A DNA stretch of 64,000 nucleotides. It comes from Octopus vulgaris. Lineage: Eukaryota. Location of the stretch: NCBI GenBank assembly GCA_951406725.2, contig OX597821.1, forward strand, positions 101,804,001 to 101,868,000. Direction: 5' to 3'. This document shows positions 1 to 12,067 of this stretch, in pieces. The translations under genes and the position numbers were made by a program. The notes beneath the pieces are model-generated. The model worked only from the letters and a program-made list of their open reading frames with translations. It searched no databases and had not been told where the DNA came from. Position 1 is the stretch's first letter. The number at the start of each line of letters is the position of its first letter.

Positions 1-204
1 TAGTCTATGGTTCTATTTTGCTGAACCATTAAGTTACCAAAAACCATGCACCAAACATTTCACCCCAAACTTCCTCCCCAGAACTTTAACCATTTGGAAT
101 TCACTCTCTGCATATTAACCTGCAGAAATCCAAACTAAAAGTCAACAACAAGGACCCCACCAGTCTAATTAAATCTGAAAAGTATCTTAATAGCAATGTC
201 ACAT

Positions 205-560
205 CAGTGCTATAATATGGCAGTGAAACATGGACACTGACAAAGAAATTATCAAATGTGCTAAATGGATGTTACACAAGGATGCTATGAATGGCCCTAA
301 ATGCAACATATGACAAATGGATGCCTTTATGAAGACCTTCCAAAAGTTAGCAAGAAAATCAGGCAAAGATGGCAGAGACTATCTGGTCACTGCATGCACC
401 ACCCTGAACTTGAAGCATCCAAGTTAGTCATGTGGAATGCACTTCATGGTGATGTAGGAGGAAAATGTTGTCACATTTACATTGACAACTTGATTGCAGA
501 CACTGGCCTGGAATGCATCCAGGACCTCAAGGCAGTGATGAGGGACTGAGAAGTGTGGCA
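205..560 (+). mobile_element. RTE-clade LINE, degenerate C-terminal fragment
   Basis: Translates to YGSETWTLTKK..GCYTRML*MALN..LYEDLPKVSKKIRQRWQRLSGHC, typical of the post-RT region of RTE LINEs; has stops and frameshifts. Confidence 0.75.
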
Positions 561-758
561 AGTGGACATGTTCCCAGGTTGGAACCCAGCCATAATATCT
601 TAAGCACTGTTCTTCCAGGTTGGATTAAAATTTTAAAATAATGCTTAAATCTTTTCATAAAACATAAGATAGTGCCAAATTATATGCTTAATGTCACCTA
701 CTTAGATACTCACAATTTTGAGGTCAAATATCCCTAATGTCAACTTTGCTGTACATAC

Positions 759-837
759 CTTCAGGTCAAGAAATAAGCCTCGGTATTTTAGTGGACATAA
801 TGCAATTCCCTCACCCTTCACAAAATTGGTCACATGC
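759..837 (-). CDS. Candidate internal exon (79 nt) of an unknown minus-strand gene
   Basis: Minus strand: tttctttcttag acceptor, AAG|gtatgt donor, one open frame (HVTNFVKGEGIALCPLKYRGLFLDLK); no homology recognised. Confidence 0.25.
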
Positions 838-1279
838 CTAAGAAAGAAATCGATATGCTATTTATGTTGAAAATCTATTATTTCAAATACATAAAACACA
901 CATGGATTAATAAATTTGCAATAAATAGCATTTGCATCAGAAGAGAGATGTGTGTTCGAAATAGCAATAGTACATCTGCTTTCAGTTCATACAGAAAAGA
1001 AAGCATGTAGAAGTACCACTGGACATGAAATATGATTGGATAGGATGAACCAATACACAACTGGCATAACAAACTGGTCAGCTGTAGCAATCACACAGGA
1101 GAAAGAAAGTAATGTAATTAAGTGTATGATGGTAGACATAGGCTGCAAAATCTTTGTGGATTGTGGTTAGAGTACTGGAAGCATTGTAGGACACTTATCT
1201 CTTAGTTAATCAGATTGTGTCATAACAACACTGAAGTCAACTATTATAAACGATCAAGGAGAGGAAATTCTAAGGGTCT

Positions 1280-1800
1280 CATGCTGACAGATTGATATAG
1301 AAAAGCAGTTATTGCAAATTTTGTACTGACTGCAAAATAATTTCTTGAGCAAAGAACTGAATCTTGTATTTGTTAATCTAAACAAAGTCCATTGATAGGA
1401 TTTCATGCTTTGTGTTCCTGTTGGAACAATAAATAAACTATGTAGATGAAGTGATCAGGAAAGCTATTCAATCCATGTATAAGAGGCTAAAAATATAATC
1501 AATGAGAAATTTATAGTATAGGGAGGTCCTTAACCTTCTCTTCATTTTAGCACTAAAGGTCTATGGAAAGTTTGGTGTGTTGACTTTCAGTAGAAAATGA
1601 GATGATAGAAATCTGTAGAAGTTTGAAACTTTAAAAAGTAGACTTGAATCATTCAATCAGTATAAAGACGATGTTAGCTGAGAGTGTCACCACAAGCACA
1701 ATTACAGAGAAATGGCCTTGCTCTCCAAACAAGAAGAGAGTAAGCAATACCTTAGTATTGTGTAGTCAGTACATACAATAGATATACAGACAGTGCAATA
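1280..1800 (+). mobile_element. Highly degenerate RTE LINE reverse transcriptase fragment
   Basis: LVFVNLNK..DR (cf. AFVDLEKAFDRV) and KWPCS..K.VSN..LCSQ motifs. Confidence 0.55.
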
Positions 1801-2536
1801 AGATTTGATAGTATAAAATACTAAATGTCACTTTTAGCAATACTCCCAGAAATGATGACATCATCATGCAGTCCTATCTTAGTTTCTGTCTATATTCTTG
1901 TGTAACTTCAACACATTCCATTAAGTATATATATTATTCATGAAAGCATATTACAATGACAAATTAACTACAAAATCTCATTCAAAACTATCACTACTCA
2001 AATATTAGCCACCTCCACTTTTATTACATCACTACTCAAGATAAGCACAGAAAATAAACTTTTTACACTATTAAAAACGGGTTGACTTTACAATCAAATG
2101 ATCTCTCAAGATAGCATGTTTTCCATAAATAAACATAAAATTATATCCATACAGAATTAGACTCAGTAAAATTAGGCCACAAGAGACTTTTCAGTAGCTT
2201 GAGTTGAGTTGACCAGATGTTTGACAATTCACTAGGAATTATTCACCTTTCCTTGCCAAATTGCCAATGATAGTAGCTGAAGCAAGTACATGTCTAGACA
2301 CAAAATCATTTGTATAACAAATGGCTCAAATTGAGGTCTAGACAATAACTACGACATTGTGGATTGCATGACTAAATTTGTATGGATATTTATTTATTCA
2401 TAAACCATTACTGTTCTGACATAATTACTGTCTGGCCACTAGCATTATTATGCAAATGAGTGAGCACCTAGGCACTAATTTGCATACTAATAAGTAGCTT
2501 TCATCTATTATCAACAGTTTGGGAATGAAGAACAAA

Positions 2537-2578
2537 CAAATCCTGATGAGTTATTAAATAATAAAACTGGTCAATTTG
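2537..2578 (+). ncRNA. Decayed minimal type I hammerhead ribozyme motif (Penelope-type)
   Basis: caaatc-CTGATGA-GTTA ttaaa TAAT-AAAA-CTGG-TC-aatttg; differs from an ideal minimal hammerhead mainly by CpG-type changes. Confidence 0.55.
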
Positions 2579-3149
2579 ATATTTCTCTAAAGTTGCCCAA
2601 AAGGGCCCCATGGGCCTACTTTTAAAGCAAGAGTAAATACATATAGATATGAGTATGTATTTATATATAAAGCCATTACCAATGAGGTTTTGGTACTTTG
2701 ATAAAGATTTTCCATAACCTACAATACATCACAAAGTATTACTTTCATCTTTGAAACCAGAAAATACTTTAACGTTGAGCCACATTCTCATCTATATCCA
2801 AAACTTGACAATCCACATAACAAACTTTTTAACAACTACATGCTTACTGAAGCACTATTTCATCATCTGCTATAACAATGCTGTATTTATTGAGTGTATA
2901 TCACCTTTAATCTGATCACATTCACCTCTTATCCTTTTCATTTTCTGTTGTGCATCAACCCTTAGATTAACCACTAACCATTTTGCTTGATCTGTCTTCC
3001 TTGGAATTTTATTTCTCTCTGGAATTTTTTTGCCAATGTTTATTATTTTTTCTTACCAATAACATGGAGCAATTGAAACTCAACATTAACGATATTAATC
3101 TAAACAATTTTTCTTATTCTTAAGAAATGATCACAATTAATTATTCATT

Positions 3150-3650
3150 CTTTAATTCCTTTGACTCCATATGAGCAGAGGAAACCAACAAGTGATATCC
3201 ATCTATCTCAATTTTTGGCAAGGGATTGCAGTTGTCCCCAAATGTAACTACCTAGCAGTGCTTCAGTTTCTGTAGACCTTCTCCATGTTTTTGGTCTGCC
3301 ATACTTCTGTCTCCCTCAGGGAGTCCAGAGCTTGCCTTGTAATGTTGGAAACATGTTTCTTTAGGGTGTGTCCCAACCAACCCAATTTCTCCCTCATGCT
3401 CTGGGTTTCAATAGGTTGCTCATTTGCCTGTTCCCACAAGGCTGCTTGTGCATCTGTCTTGTCATCTCACCCAAAGGATGTTCAAGACATCTATTCACAA
3501 ATGTATGGAGCTTGTTGGAAAATTTTGCATTCTGCCTGGTTTCACATGCATACAACAGATTCATCTTCATGTTTGAGAAAAATACAGCTACCTTTAGGAT
3601 GTTCAGACTCATATGGAGATTACAGACCTGGGCATATAATCATGAATGTA
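3150..3650 (-). mobile_element. RTE LINE 3' end fragment
   Basis: Reverse strand reads WLGHTLKK..NITRQALD..GRPKTWRRSTE..WGQLQSLAKN*DRWISLVGFLCS. Confidence 0.75.
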
Positions 3651-4751
3651 TGAGCAAAAATAAAAATGAATGATACACTTCTGCTGAACCATTTGGTGAT
3701 TGTAGTGGTGGTGTAAATATCGGTGAGGTAGGAGATGAGGCAATTTTATTTTAGTTCAGTGCCTTGGTTAACTTGCAAAAGACTTAATATTCTGCAGTGT
3801 CTAACTCTTCATAATGCATTTCATAAGAAATGTACATTTATATATATATTCCTTTTATAGATTTAGTATACCCTATAAATATACATATGTACACACAACT
3901 AAAAGCTAGGCTTTACAAATCTTGGTAAAACAAAAAGAAAAACTAAACTTTTCTTTTGCATGTTATGGAAGTGGTTCATTTGTAGCACTCTTAAAATAAG
4001 ACAGTTCAGAATGTCAACACCTAATTTAGAAACTGCATTACTCAAAGAATTTTACTTTAAAAATATCTTCTTAAAAATATCTTCTCAGCTTATAAAGATT
4101 ATTGATTTATCTCTTACACAAAAGCAAAAAAGCTACTTCAGGTAAAATATTCATTTATATCTTCCTCAAGAGAATTAGTTACCTAAGGGAACGGAAATGG
4201 TCACAAGAAGCAATCAAAACCATGTTGCAGATGTTTACATCTGCACTATGGATGCACAGTTCAAAAATTTTGCTTCCCAACCATGTGGTTTTGAGTTCAG
4301 TCCCATTGTGTAGCACTTTGAGCAAGTGTCATCTACTATGGCTGCAGGCCAACCAAAGCTTTGTGAGTGGATTTGATAGGTGGAAACTAAAAGAAGCATG
4401 TGGTATGCATGTGTATGTCCATACCACCTTGTTTTGACATCATGCAATAGTTATAAACCTGCATTACTACCATATAAACAGTGTCCTTTATTCGTAATCT
4501 TCCATGAAAACATATCCAGCCATTCGAAAGTATTGCACTGCTTGGAAACACATGAAAGTTGGTGACAGGAAAGGCATCCAGCAATAGAAGAATCTGCCTC
4601 AGCAAATTCTGTCTGACCCATTGAAGTATGGAAAAATGAATGTTAAGACAATGATGATGAAGAACTATACCATTTACCATTATATTGTTGAAGAAGACTT
4701 ATTTATCAAGACTAAGCACAAAAGAGATTTTTACTAAGAAGTACAAGATAG

Positions 4752-5138
4752 TGGCTGTGTGGTAAGTAGCTTGCTTACCAGCCACATGGTTCTGGGTTCA
4801 TTCCCACTGCGTGACACCTTGGGCAAGTGTCTTCTACTATAGCCTCGGGCCGACCAAAGCCTTGTGAGTGGATTTGGTAGACAGGTCGACAGAAACTGAA
4901 AGAAGCCTGTCATATATATGTATATATGTGTGTGTATATGTTTGTCCCCCCAACATCACTTAACAACCGATGGTGGTGAGTTTACGTCCCCGTAACTTAG
5001 CGGTTTGGCAAAAAGACTGATAGAATAAGTGCTAGGCTTACAAAGAATAAGTCCTGGGGTCGATTTGCTCGACTAAAGGTGGTGCTCCAGCATGGCCACA
5101 GTCAAATGACTGAAACAAGTGAAAGAGAGTAAAAGAGA
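4752..5138 (+). mobile_element. Full-length tRNA-derived CORE-type SINE (octopus OR-like)
   Basis: tRNA-like head (gtggctgtgtggtaag..ggttcattccc), CORE-like ccttgggcaagtgtc, internal TA/TG microsatellite, tail ..gactgaaacaagt(aaaagag)n; many copies in window. Confidence 0.85.
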
Positions 5139-6039
5139 TATTGACTGAAACTGTGTACTGACTGCTGTCACTAATTCAGCAACCTCAGAAGGATGGAAGT
5201 AAAAGATAATCCTGGCATGATTTAAACTTACAAACTTGAGGAACAAAACTAAACACAAGAAATCATTTAGTTATCACTGCAACACACTTTGCCATCACCA
5301 CAAAAATATTCAAACCCCCATATACACATTGATAAAGATTTGGAACAGTTTTTAAAATGCATTACCAAAGTTAGTTTTCATTTATTTTCTATAGAAGTAT
5401 AGGTATTCAATAAATTTTCAAACTACATTGGTGAGTGAGCTACAATCATTATGTAGTTCACAAGAAAAGGGTTTTTATTTGTCAAATATATTAATAATAA
5501 TAATAATGTTCTTATAGTCAGTGTTATAATAACTGACAAGCTGCAGGGCATATTTGAATGAAACACTAGCTACTCAGTAAAGGTCAAATCTGCCATGTTC
5601 CATGAACGATTATTTATATTTTTTTTATATACCTCAATGATTCCAAAAATAGGATACTAATGCTCCCTTTGGGGAGCTAGAAGACTCAAGAGGAATACAG
5701 GAAGAAATGTGGACAGGAGTGGGAGGGTGGCATTAGATGTTAAAAGTTAGTGAGATGGGCAAGAATACAATTTAGTAGTTGCCCATAAAATTGAAGTCTA
5801 CACTGATCTTGTTTAATGAATAGTATCTAAATACAATACATCATCATCATCATCATTGCTTTAACATGTACTTTTTCATGCTTGCATGACACACATATAC
5901 CTAAATATTTTTCATAGATACAACCAGCACGAGATTAACCTTCAAACAAAATAAGCACATGCTTAGGGCAACAAGAGATGGTGGGGAACATTATAGAAAT
6001 GGTAAATGGTTTATGGTACAAAAGAAATCACTTTAAACT

Positions 6040-6306
6040 TGCTGAAGTAATATTCAGGACACCTTATCACTACTAAGTATAGAAGTTAATGTGTTACATA
6101 AGATTAATTTTGAGGATATGATCAAAGGCTTTGCAATTAAAAATAGAAAACTTTTCAAATATAAATGAAGTGGAAGTATACAAAAATACACATGAAAATA
6201 AAAATTTATTTTATGGCTTATTATTATTTATATTTTGAATGACATACATATATATTGAGGGTACCAAAAGTGCTTAGAGCCTCTATAGGTCTTAATCTGA
6301 CTCTGG
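6040..6306 (+). mobile_element. hAT (Tip100/ZMYM1-like) transposon 3' remnant
   Basis: LSLLSIEVNVLHKINFEDMIKGFAIKNRK resembles the hAT C-terminal dimerisation domain, followed by a TIR-like end ..ttaatctgactctg. Confidence 0.55.
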
Positions 6307-6329
6307 ATACAACTTTGACAGAAGAGGAA

Positions 6330-7201
6330 ACAGTGGATCGTAATTTTATTCCATCATCTACAAACACACTACTACCAAAGAATCTAATTAATCAAAAAAT
6401 GTTTCCAAAAGACAATGTAACATTCAAGATTATCACACTTGGAAAAAAAATCATGCTGACAAGATTCAGAGCAATTTAATCAGCTGACAAGATATAAAAG
6501 GGATTTAATGTATTTTAATGCACTTTAAAATAAATTTTGCAAACAACCAATGTTGCCACCAGTGCAAGAAAATCAAGAAAATGATGGACTTGTATCTCTT
6601 ACAAAATTTCATTGTTGATGCCAAACCCAGAAAGCTATAGGCAATGAATTGATGCTACTAGTGGTTAGCAAAATTCTACAAACCTTATAGCACAAGCTAG
6701 TGATTAATGTAAACAATAAAATTCTTTTGAACAATAATACAAAGACAAATTGATGAAATAGGAAAGGATATGCAAGAAAATGTTACACAATTTTTTGAGG
6801 ACTGCTCAATTTTTGTTATGGCCAGAAGGATCAATTGTACCAAGCAATGGAGCTTCAATGTTAACTTACATTCAGTTTAGAAAGGAAAATAATACAAGTT
6901 ATAAAAGAAAGTCAGTTTTTCTTAAGGGTGATTTCTTTAAAGAAAAGAATGCTCATCATCATTGTTTTAACTGTCACTTTTCCAAGATTGCATGGAGTGG
7001 ACAGAATTCAATGAGGCAGATTTTCTAAAGCTGGATGCCTTTCCTATCACCAACCTTCACTTGTTTCTAAGCAAAGCAATATTTCCCCCATGGCTTCACA
7101 GAAGATTGGAAATGAAGGATACTGCTTGAATGACAATGATGCTCATTTGCAACAATCGCATCACAATGTCAAGACAAGGAGACCAATACCCAACCACCAA
7201 G

Positions 7202-7283
<82 letters not shown>

Positions 7284-7960
7284 ACAAGCTTCTTTCAGTT
7301 TCTGTCTACTAAATCCATTTACAAAGCTTTGAATGATACTGAATGGAACTGAACCCAAAAACATGTGGTTGGAAAACAAAACTTCTTTACCACACAGTCA
7401 TGTCTGCACCATTCCTTTTACATACATAATGACAACTTTAACTGAGAAAAATCCATTGGTGGTGGCTGCCACCATGAATTCATTATGCAATGAAAATATC
7501 AGTGCCAGATACATTAACAAAGCACGAAACTTCAATAACATTTAGTTGCAGAAAATATTGATGATCATTTACAACACTCGTTGCAACAGGTCAGTAGAGC
7601 AATTACCAAAACTAGAAGAAATTCTCTCAATGACAGATTATTTGGACAATGAAGAATTTAATTGCTTGCGGCTTTACACTGAAGTTCACTGATTGTCAAA
7701 GGGCACCTGTCCAAGTCATTTTCATTGTCTTTTTGAGGACAGTTTTGAATTCTTTGAAAACAAAGATATTTTCAAATGAGTCAACTTGAAGTTTAATCAA
7801 ATTAATTTTCAGCTACATGGAGATAAACTGAATTTTATGTACATTTGTTTGAAATATTCTATTCAAACATAACTTGAGATGAAGAGATTTTTACTAGTTT
7901 CCAAGCTTTTCTGAACTTTACAGAAAAGACAGAAATATATAGTGGTGATAATAGGTCTAT
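6330..7960 (+). mobile_element. hAT Charlie/Buster-type transposase remnant, interrupted by SINEs
   Basis: EEFNCLRLYTEVH*LSKG (cf. LLLHTEVRWLSKG) at ~7650-7705, GAAAM-like motif near 7460. Confidence 0.6.
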
Positions 7961-8099
7961 TGTTATAATTTCAAAAGGAATAATTTAAGAGGAGTTTTGT
8001 GTGAGTAGAGTATGAAGTTGGAAGCAAATCAGATATCGAATATAATAGCTTTGTCAGCAGGAGCACTACTAGGATTCTCTAAGGTTTGTGAAAACTATC

Positions 8100-9230
8100 T
8101 TAGCAAAGCACTGGAAAGCTTCTTTGTAATTTGAGAATGGAGTGAAAGCCCTTGTAGACTTACTTGTAGATTGTACCATACACAAAGGCTTGTTTTGCTT
8201 TTGTGGTGGTTATTTTGCAAGTGTTGCAATGGTTGGTAAATGATTTCCAGTTGGTGTAAGTGTGTCACTTTCTCAAGGTTACTGAAAGCTGTTCTTTTCA
8301 CCCAAACTGCAACAGCACAGCTGCGAATGAACTACTTGGGAGGTTGTGAAGTTCACTTCGATGAAGGATGTAAATGTACATATCTAAGAGGGTGGTTTCA
8401 GTCACTCACTAAACTGTCTTGAGAGGGTCAGGAGTGAAATATATTTTCAGCCAGAGTAGTTGACATAGACCTTCAACTAGTTAGCCAACTTGAATTACCA
8501 CAATATTTAAGCCAGCCATATCTGACCCAAATATTCTACCTGTTTTATGTTCAAACTAGCCAGATTCAGACTCTCATACCTACTCTGCAATGTCATTCTA
8601 AAAATAAACAATCACCTCATCGAAATCTTGAAGTTACAAAATTATGCATGATTAATTCAAAACAATATGAATAAATATGCATCGCATTTGACTGAGTAAT
8701 CTAATGCTTAGGGTTAAGGAGCAGGGTGTAGGAACATGTGAAATATATTACATTGATTAAGCATCTGTCAAATGGTCCTTCGGGTATAAAGATATTGCTA
8801 GGCAAAGTTTTAGTTTAGAGATAAGAAAACATATCAGACAGATATGAGTAGGTAATGGTACTAACTGGTGTAGATAGTAAAGAATAGCAAATTATTCAGC
8901 CATGGACTAGTAGTGTCAGACTGGTAGAATAAAAGAGCCAAGAAAATTTGCTTGCATTGAAGTTACTAAGGAAGATTTCAGATAGATGTTCTCAGTCTGA
9001 GACAAGGTACAAATAACTGCACCAGAGTAGAAATTGTTTGAAGAATTGTATGTACAGCCGATGAATTTAGAGGAATGAGGAAAATGATTGAAGCAAAGTA
9101 ACTAAATGTCTTTTTTATTGACACATTTCTAAGAGAGGCAATTGGTGGAAAGAGTAGATTCTACCTGTGTGCAAACACCTTTCAAAGTGAATGCAGAATA
9201 CAACAGAGTATAACATGGACTGCAGAGATA
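8100..9230 (-). mobile_element. Degenerate Penelope-like element remnant (RT thumb/GIY-YIG region), interrupted by a MITE
   Basis: Weak motifs LPLLE (LPFLD), KQFL (SQFLR), NVIYFTC (NVIYxIxC) on the minus strand. Confidence 0.35.
8500..8713. mobile_element. piggyBac-type MITE, family A (left end eroded)
   Basis: Ends ..gggTTAA; homologous to 21994-22213 and 27800-28020. Confidence 0.7.
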
Positions 9231-9264
9231 GGTTGTATCGTTGTCTTTTTTTGTTTTTTTCTAC

Positions 9265-9656
9265 TTTTTACTTGTTTCAGTCATTAGACTGTGGTCATGC
9301 TGGCTACTGCCCTAATGAATCGACCCCAGAACTTTTTTTTTTTTGTTAAGCCTGGTGCTTATCATATTGGTCTCTTTTTTGCTAAACTGCTAAGTTACAG
9401 GGACATAAACACACCAACACCAGTTGTCAAGCAGTGGTGGGGAACAAACGCAGACACCAAGAGACACACATACACATATATATGTATATATGATGGGGTT
9501 CTTTCAGTTTCCATTTACCAAATCTTCTCACAAGGCTTAGGTTGGCCTGAGGCTATAGGAGAAGACACTTGCCCAAGGTGCCACACAGTGGGACTGAACC
9601 CAGAACAATACGGTTGGGAAGTAAATTTCTTCCTACACAGCCATGCCTGTGCCTAT
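9265..9656 (-). mobile_element. Full-length CORE-type tRNA SINE
   Basis: Reverse-complement homolog of 4752-5138. Confidence 0.85.
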
Positions 9657-10694
9657 AGATAAATGTAGACCAAAGTCAGCATCGTCTCTAATTTATAAGG
9701 TAGTTTTGTAACGTGTGATTCAGGGTTATTTTTTTATTAAAGCAATCAATATTTGAGAGATATTTTACATCTTCAGTATGATATTTATTGACACTTTTTT
9801 AATTAAAGCATTTTCAGCAGCTATATGATTAATTTTCAAATATTAATTGTTAAAAAAAGATCCAAGTAGAAACATTGTTGAAAATTAATATAGTTATCAT
9901 AGTTGTTTAAGTGGTACATTCAATATATTTCATTGGTATAATTGAAATAGGACATAAAAATACAATTATGGCTTCCAAATATATATTGCCAATATTTTTC
10001 ATAAAAATGTATTTCATATTTTTAAGCTTTTCCCACCTCTATAGGACAATTTACCATGTATTTGATGACAACATTTTTTCTTTTTAAATTTTAGCTGGTA
10101 TTTAATTCTATTTATTTATAATCTTATTTTCACGGTGAATGGAGAGAAAGTGATAATTGTTGCACTTTTTAATCATATTTTTTCATATAACCAATATTAT
10201 ATGCTCACATTTTGGTTGTTTTTTTAATGTTAACTAAAATTTACAATATTAACATGAATAAATTTCCAATTTAATGAAACAAAAACAAGATAGCTCCAAT
10301 TTTCTTCTTATAATTTATTTCAAGAAGTGATTCTATTTTTACTGGTACCATTCTCATTTAATTTAGGCATGTTTGCTCTGAGCTAAATAATGAAATTCTC
10401 TGTTTATTATCTTTTGATGTGTAAAATGTAGAAAACTTTATCTTTTCCTTTAATTGGTGAATAGAACTGAACAGAAAATACGTTTTATCTCATACTTGAT
10501 TCAGTCACTGGACTGCAACCAGGCAGTGGCACTGCCTTGAAGAGTTTAGACGAACAAATCAACCCCGGTACTAATACTTTTAAGCCTCGTACTTATTCTA
10601 TCAGTCTCTTTTTCCAAACTGCAAAATTATGAGGACATAAACTAACATTGGTTGTCAGGAGTGATGGAGGACAAGCATAAGCATAAAGGTATAC

Positions 10695-10750
<56 letters not shown>

Positions 10751-10759
10751 ACCGAGACT

Positions 10760-11442
10760 TTTGGAAATATGCCGTGCGTGAAAAGACCCGGCAAGCCAAA
10801 TGAGACCATAATCTCGTGGCCTATGCCAGGGGCGTAACCAGCCCACTTATGCATACCTTTTCCTTCTTTGGACACTAAAACTCTTCTTGTGAAGACCTGT
10901 TGAGGCAAATGAAATCAAAATCAAATTCGATGACTGGCGTCCATGCTAGCAGGGTGCAAAGAGCACCATACGAGTGTGATCATTGACAGAGCAGCTAACC
11001 GGCATCCATGCCAGTGGTACTTAAAAGGCATCATTCAAGTGTGATTGGTACCAGCGTCGCCTTACTGGCACTCGAGCCCCGTGCCTGTAGGGTATTAAGA
11101 GCACCACCTGAGCATGATTGTTGCCAGAGTGGCTACCTGGCCTCCATGCCGGTGGCATGTAAAAGACACCATTCGAGCGTGATAGTTACCAACATCGCCT
11201 TACTGGCACCTGTGCCAGTGGCATGTGTAAAAGATTTGAGCGAGGTCGTTGCTAGCAGCGCCTTACTGGCCCCATGCCATTGGCACGTAAAAGCACACAC
11301 TACACTCTTAGAGTGGTTGGCATTAGAAACTCTGCCGGATGAAGATTGAAGCCTGGCGCAGCGATCTGGTTCGCCAGCCCTCAGTCAAATCGTCCAACCC
11401 ATGCTAGCATGGAAAGCGGATGTTAAATGATGAGGATGATGA
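10760..11442 (+). mobile_element. SINE-like retroposon with internal tandem hairpin units and (GAT)n tail
   Basis: Repeated tgccggtggcacgtaaaagcacc units, tail aacccatgctagcatggaaagcggatgttaaatgatgag; homologs at 20987-21450, 34490-34945, 47540-47695. Confidence 0.75.
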
Positions 11443-11864
11443 GATATATATATCTGCTTATTGTGATCATTCGTCTTGGTTTCCTGTAGCTTTGCTCTCT
11501 TTTACAAATCCAGTGAACATATATTTCCTATTTCAAAGAAATTCAAGCAATAGATATAAGACCCAAGTTAAAAAGATTCTCAACAATTCAACTTCTCTGG
11601 TTAACATTAAGTTGCCCACCCCCAACAGGGGCCTTAATTCTCACATTTTAGAGCTCCATGACCTTCATTTTTCAGGAGCAAAATCTTTTTAACAGGTTCA
11701 ATAAGACTGGAATTTTGGAATATGCGGATAAAAATCAGTAGTATGTAAAGAGGGAAATAGCCCTCATCTGCAATTTTGATGAATTTTCATTACAGAAAAT
11801 ATAACAGAAAAGTTTAATTCTTCAATTGCATGTAACACGGGCAATCCTGGGTATCTCTGCTAGC

Positions 11865-11916
<52 letters not shown>

Positions 11917-12004
11917 ATATGTATATACATATATGTGTGTGTGTGTGTGTGCATATATATATGTGTATATATATATGTATATGTGTATATATATATATGT
12001 ATAT

Positions 12005-12054
<50 letters not shown>

Positions 12055-12067
12055 GTTTATATATATA

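Noticed and set aside
55-185. Possible Tc1/mariner SPDLNP-region remnant
   Set aside because: Too degenerate to support.
878-1090. Minus-strand ORF or terminal exon with cornichon-like words
   Set aside because: Similarity limited to a few residues in different frames; the rest does not match.
4752-4830. tRNA gene-like A/B boxes (many copies)
   Set aside because: These are SINE heads continuing into CORE-like bodies; no complete cloverleaf seen.
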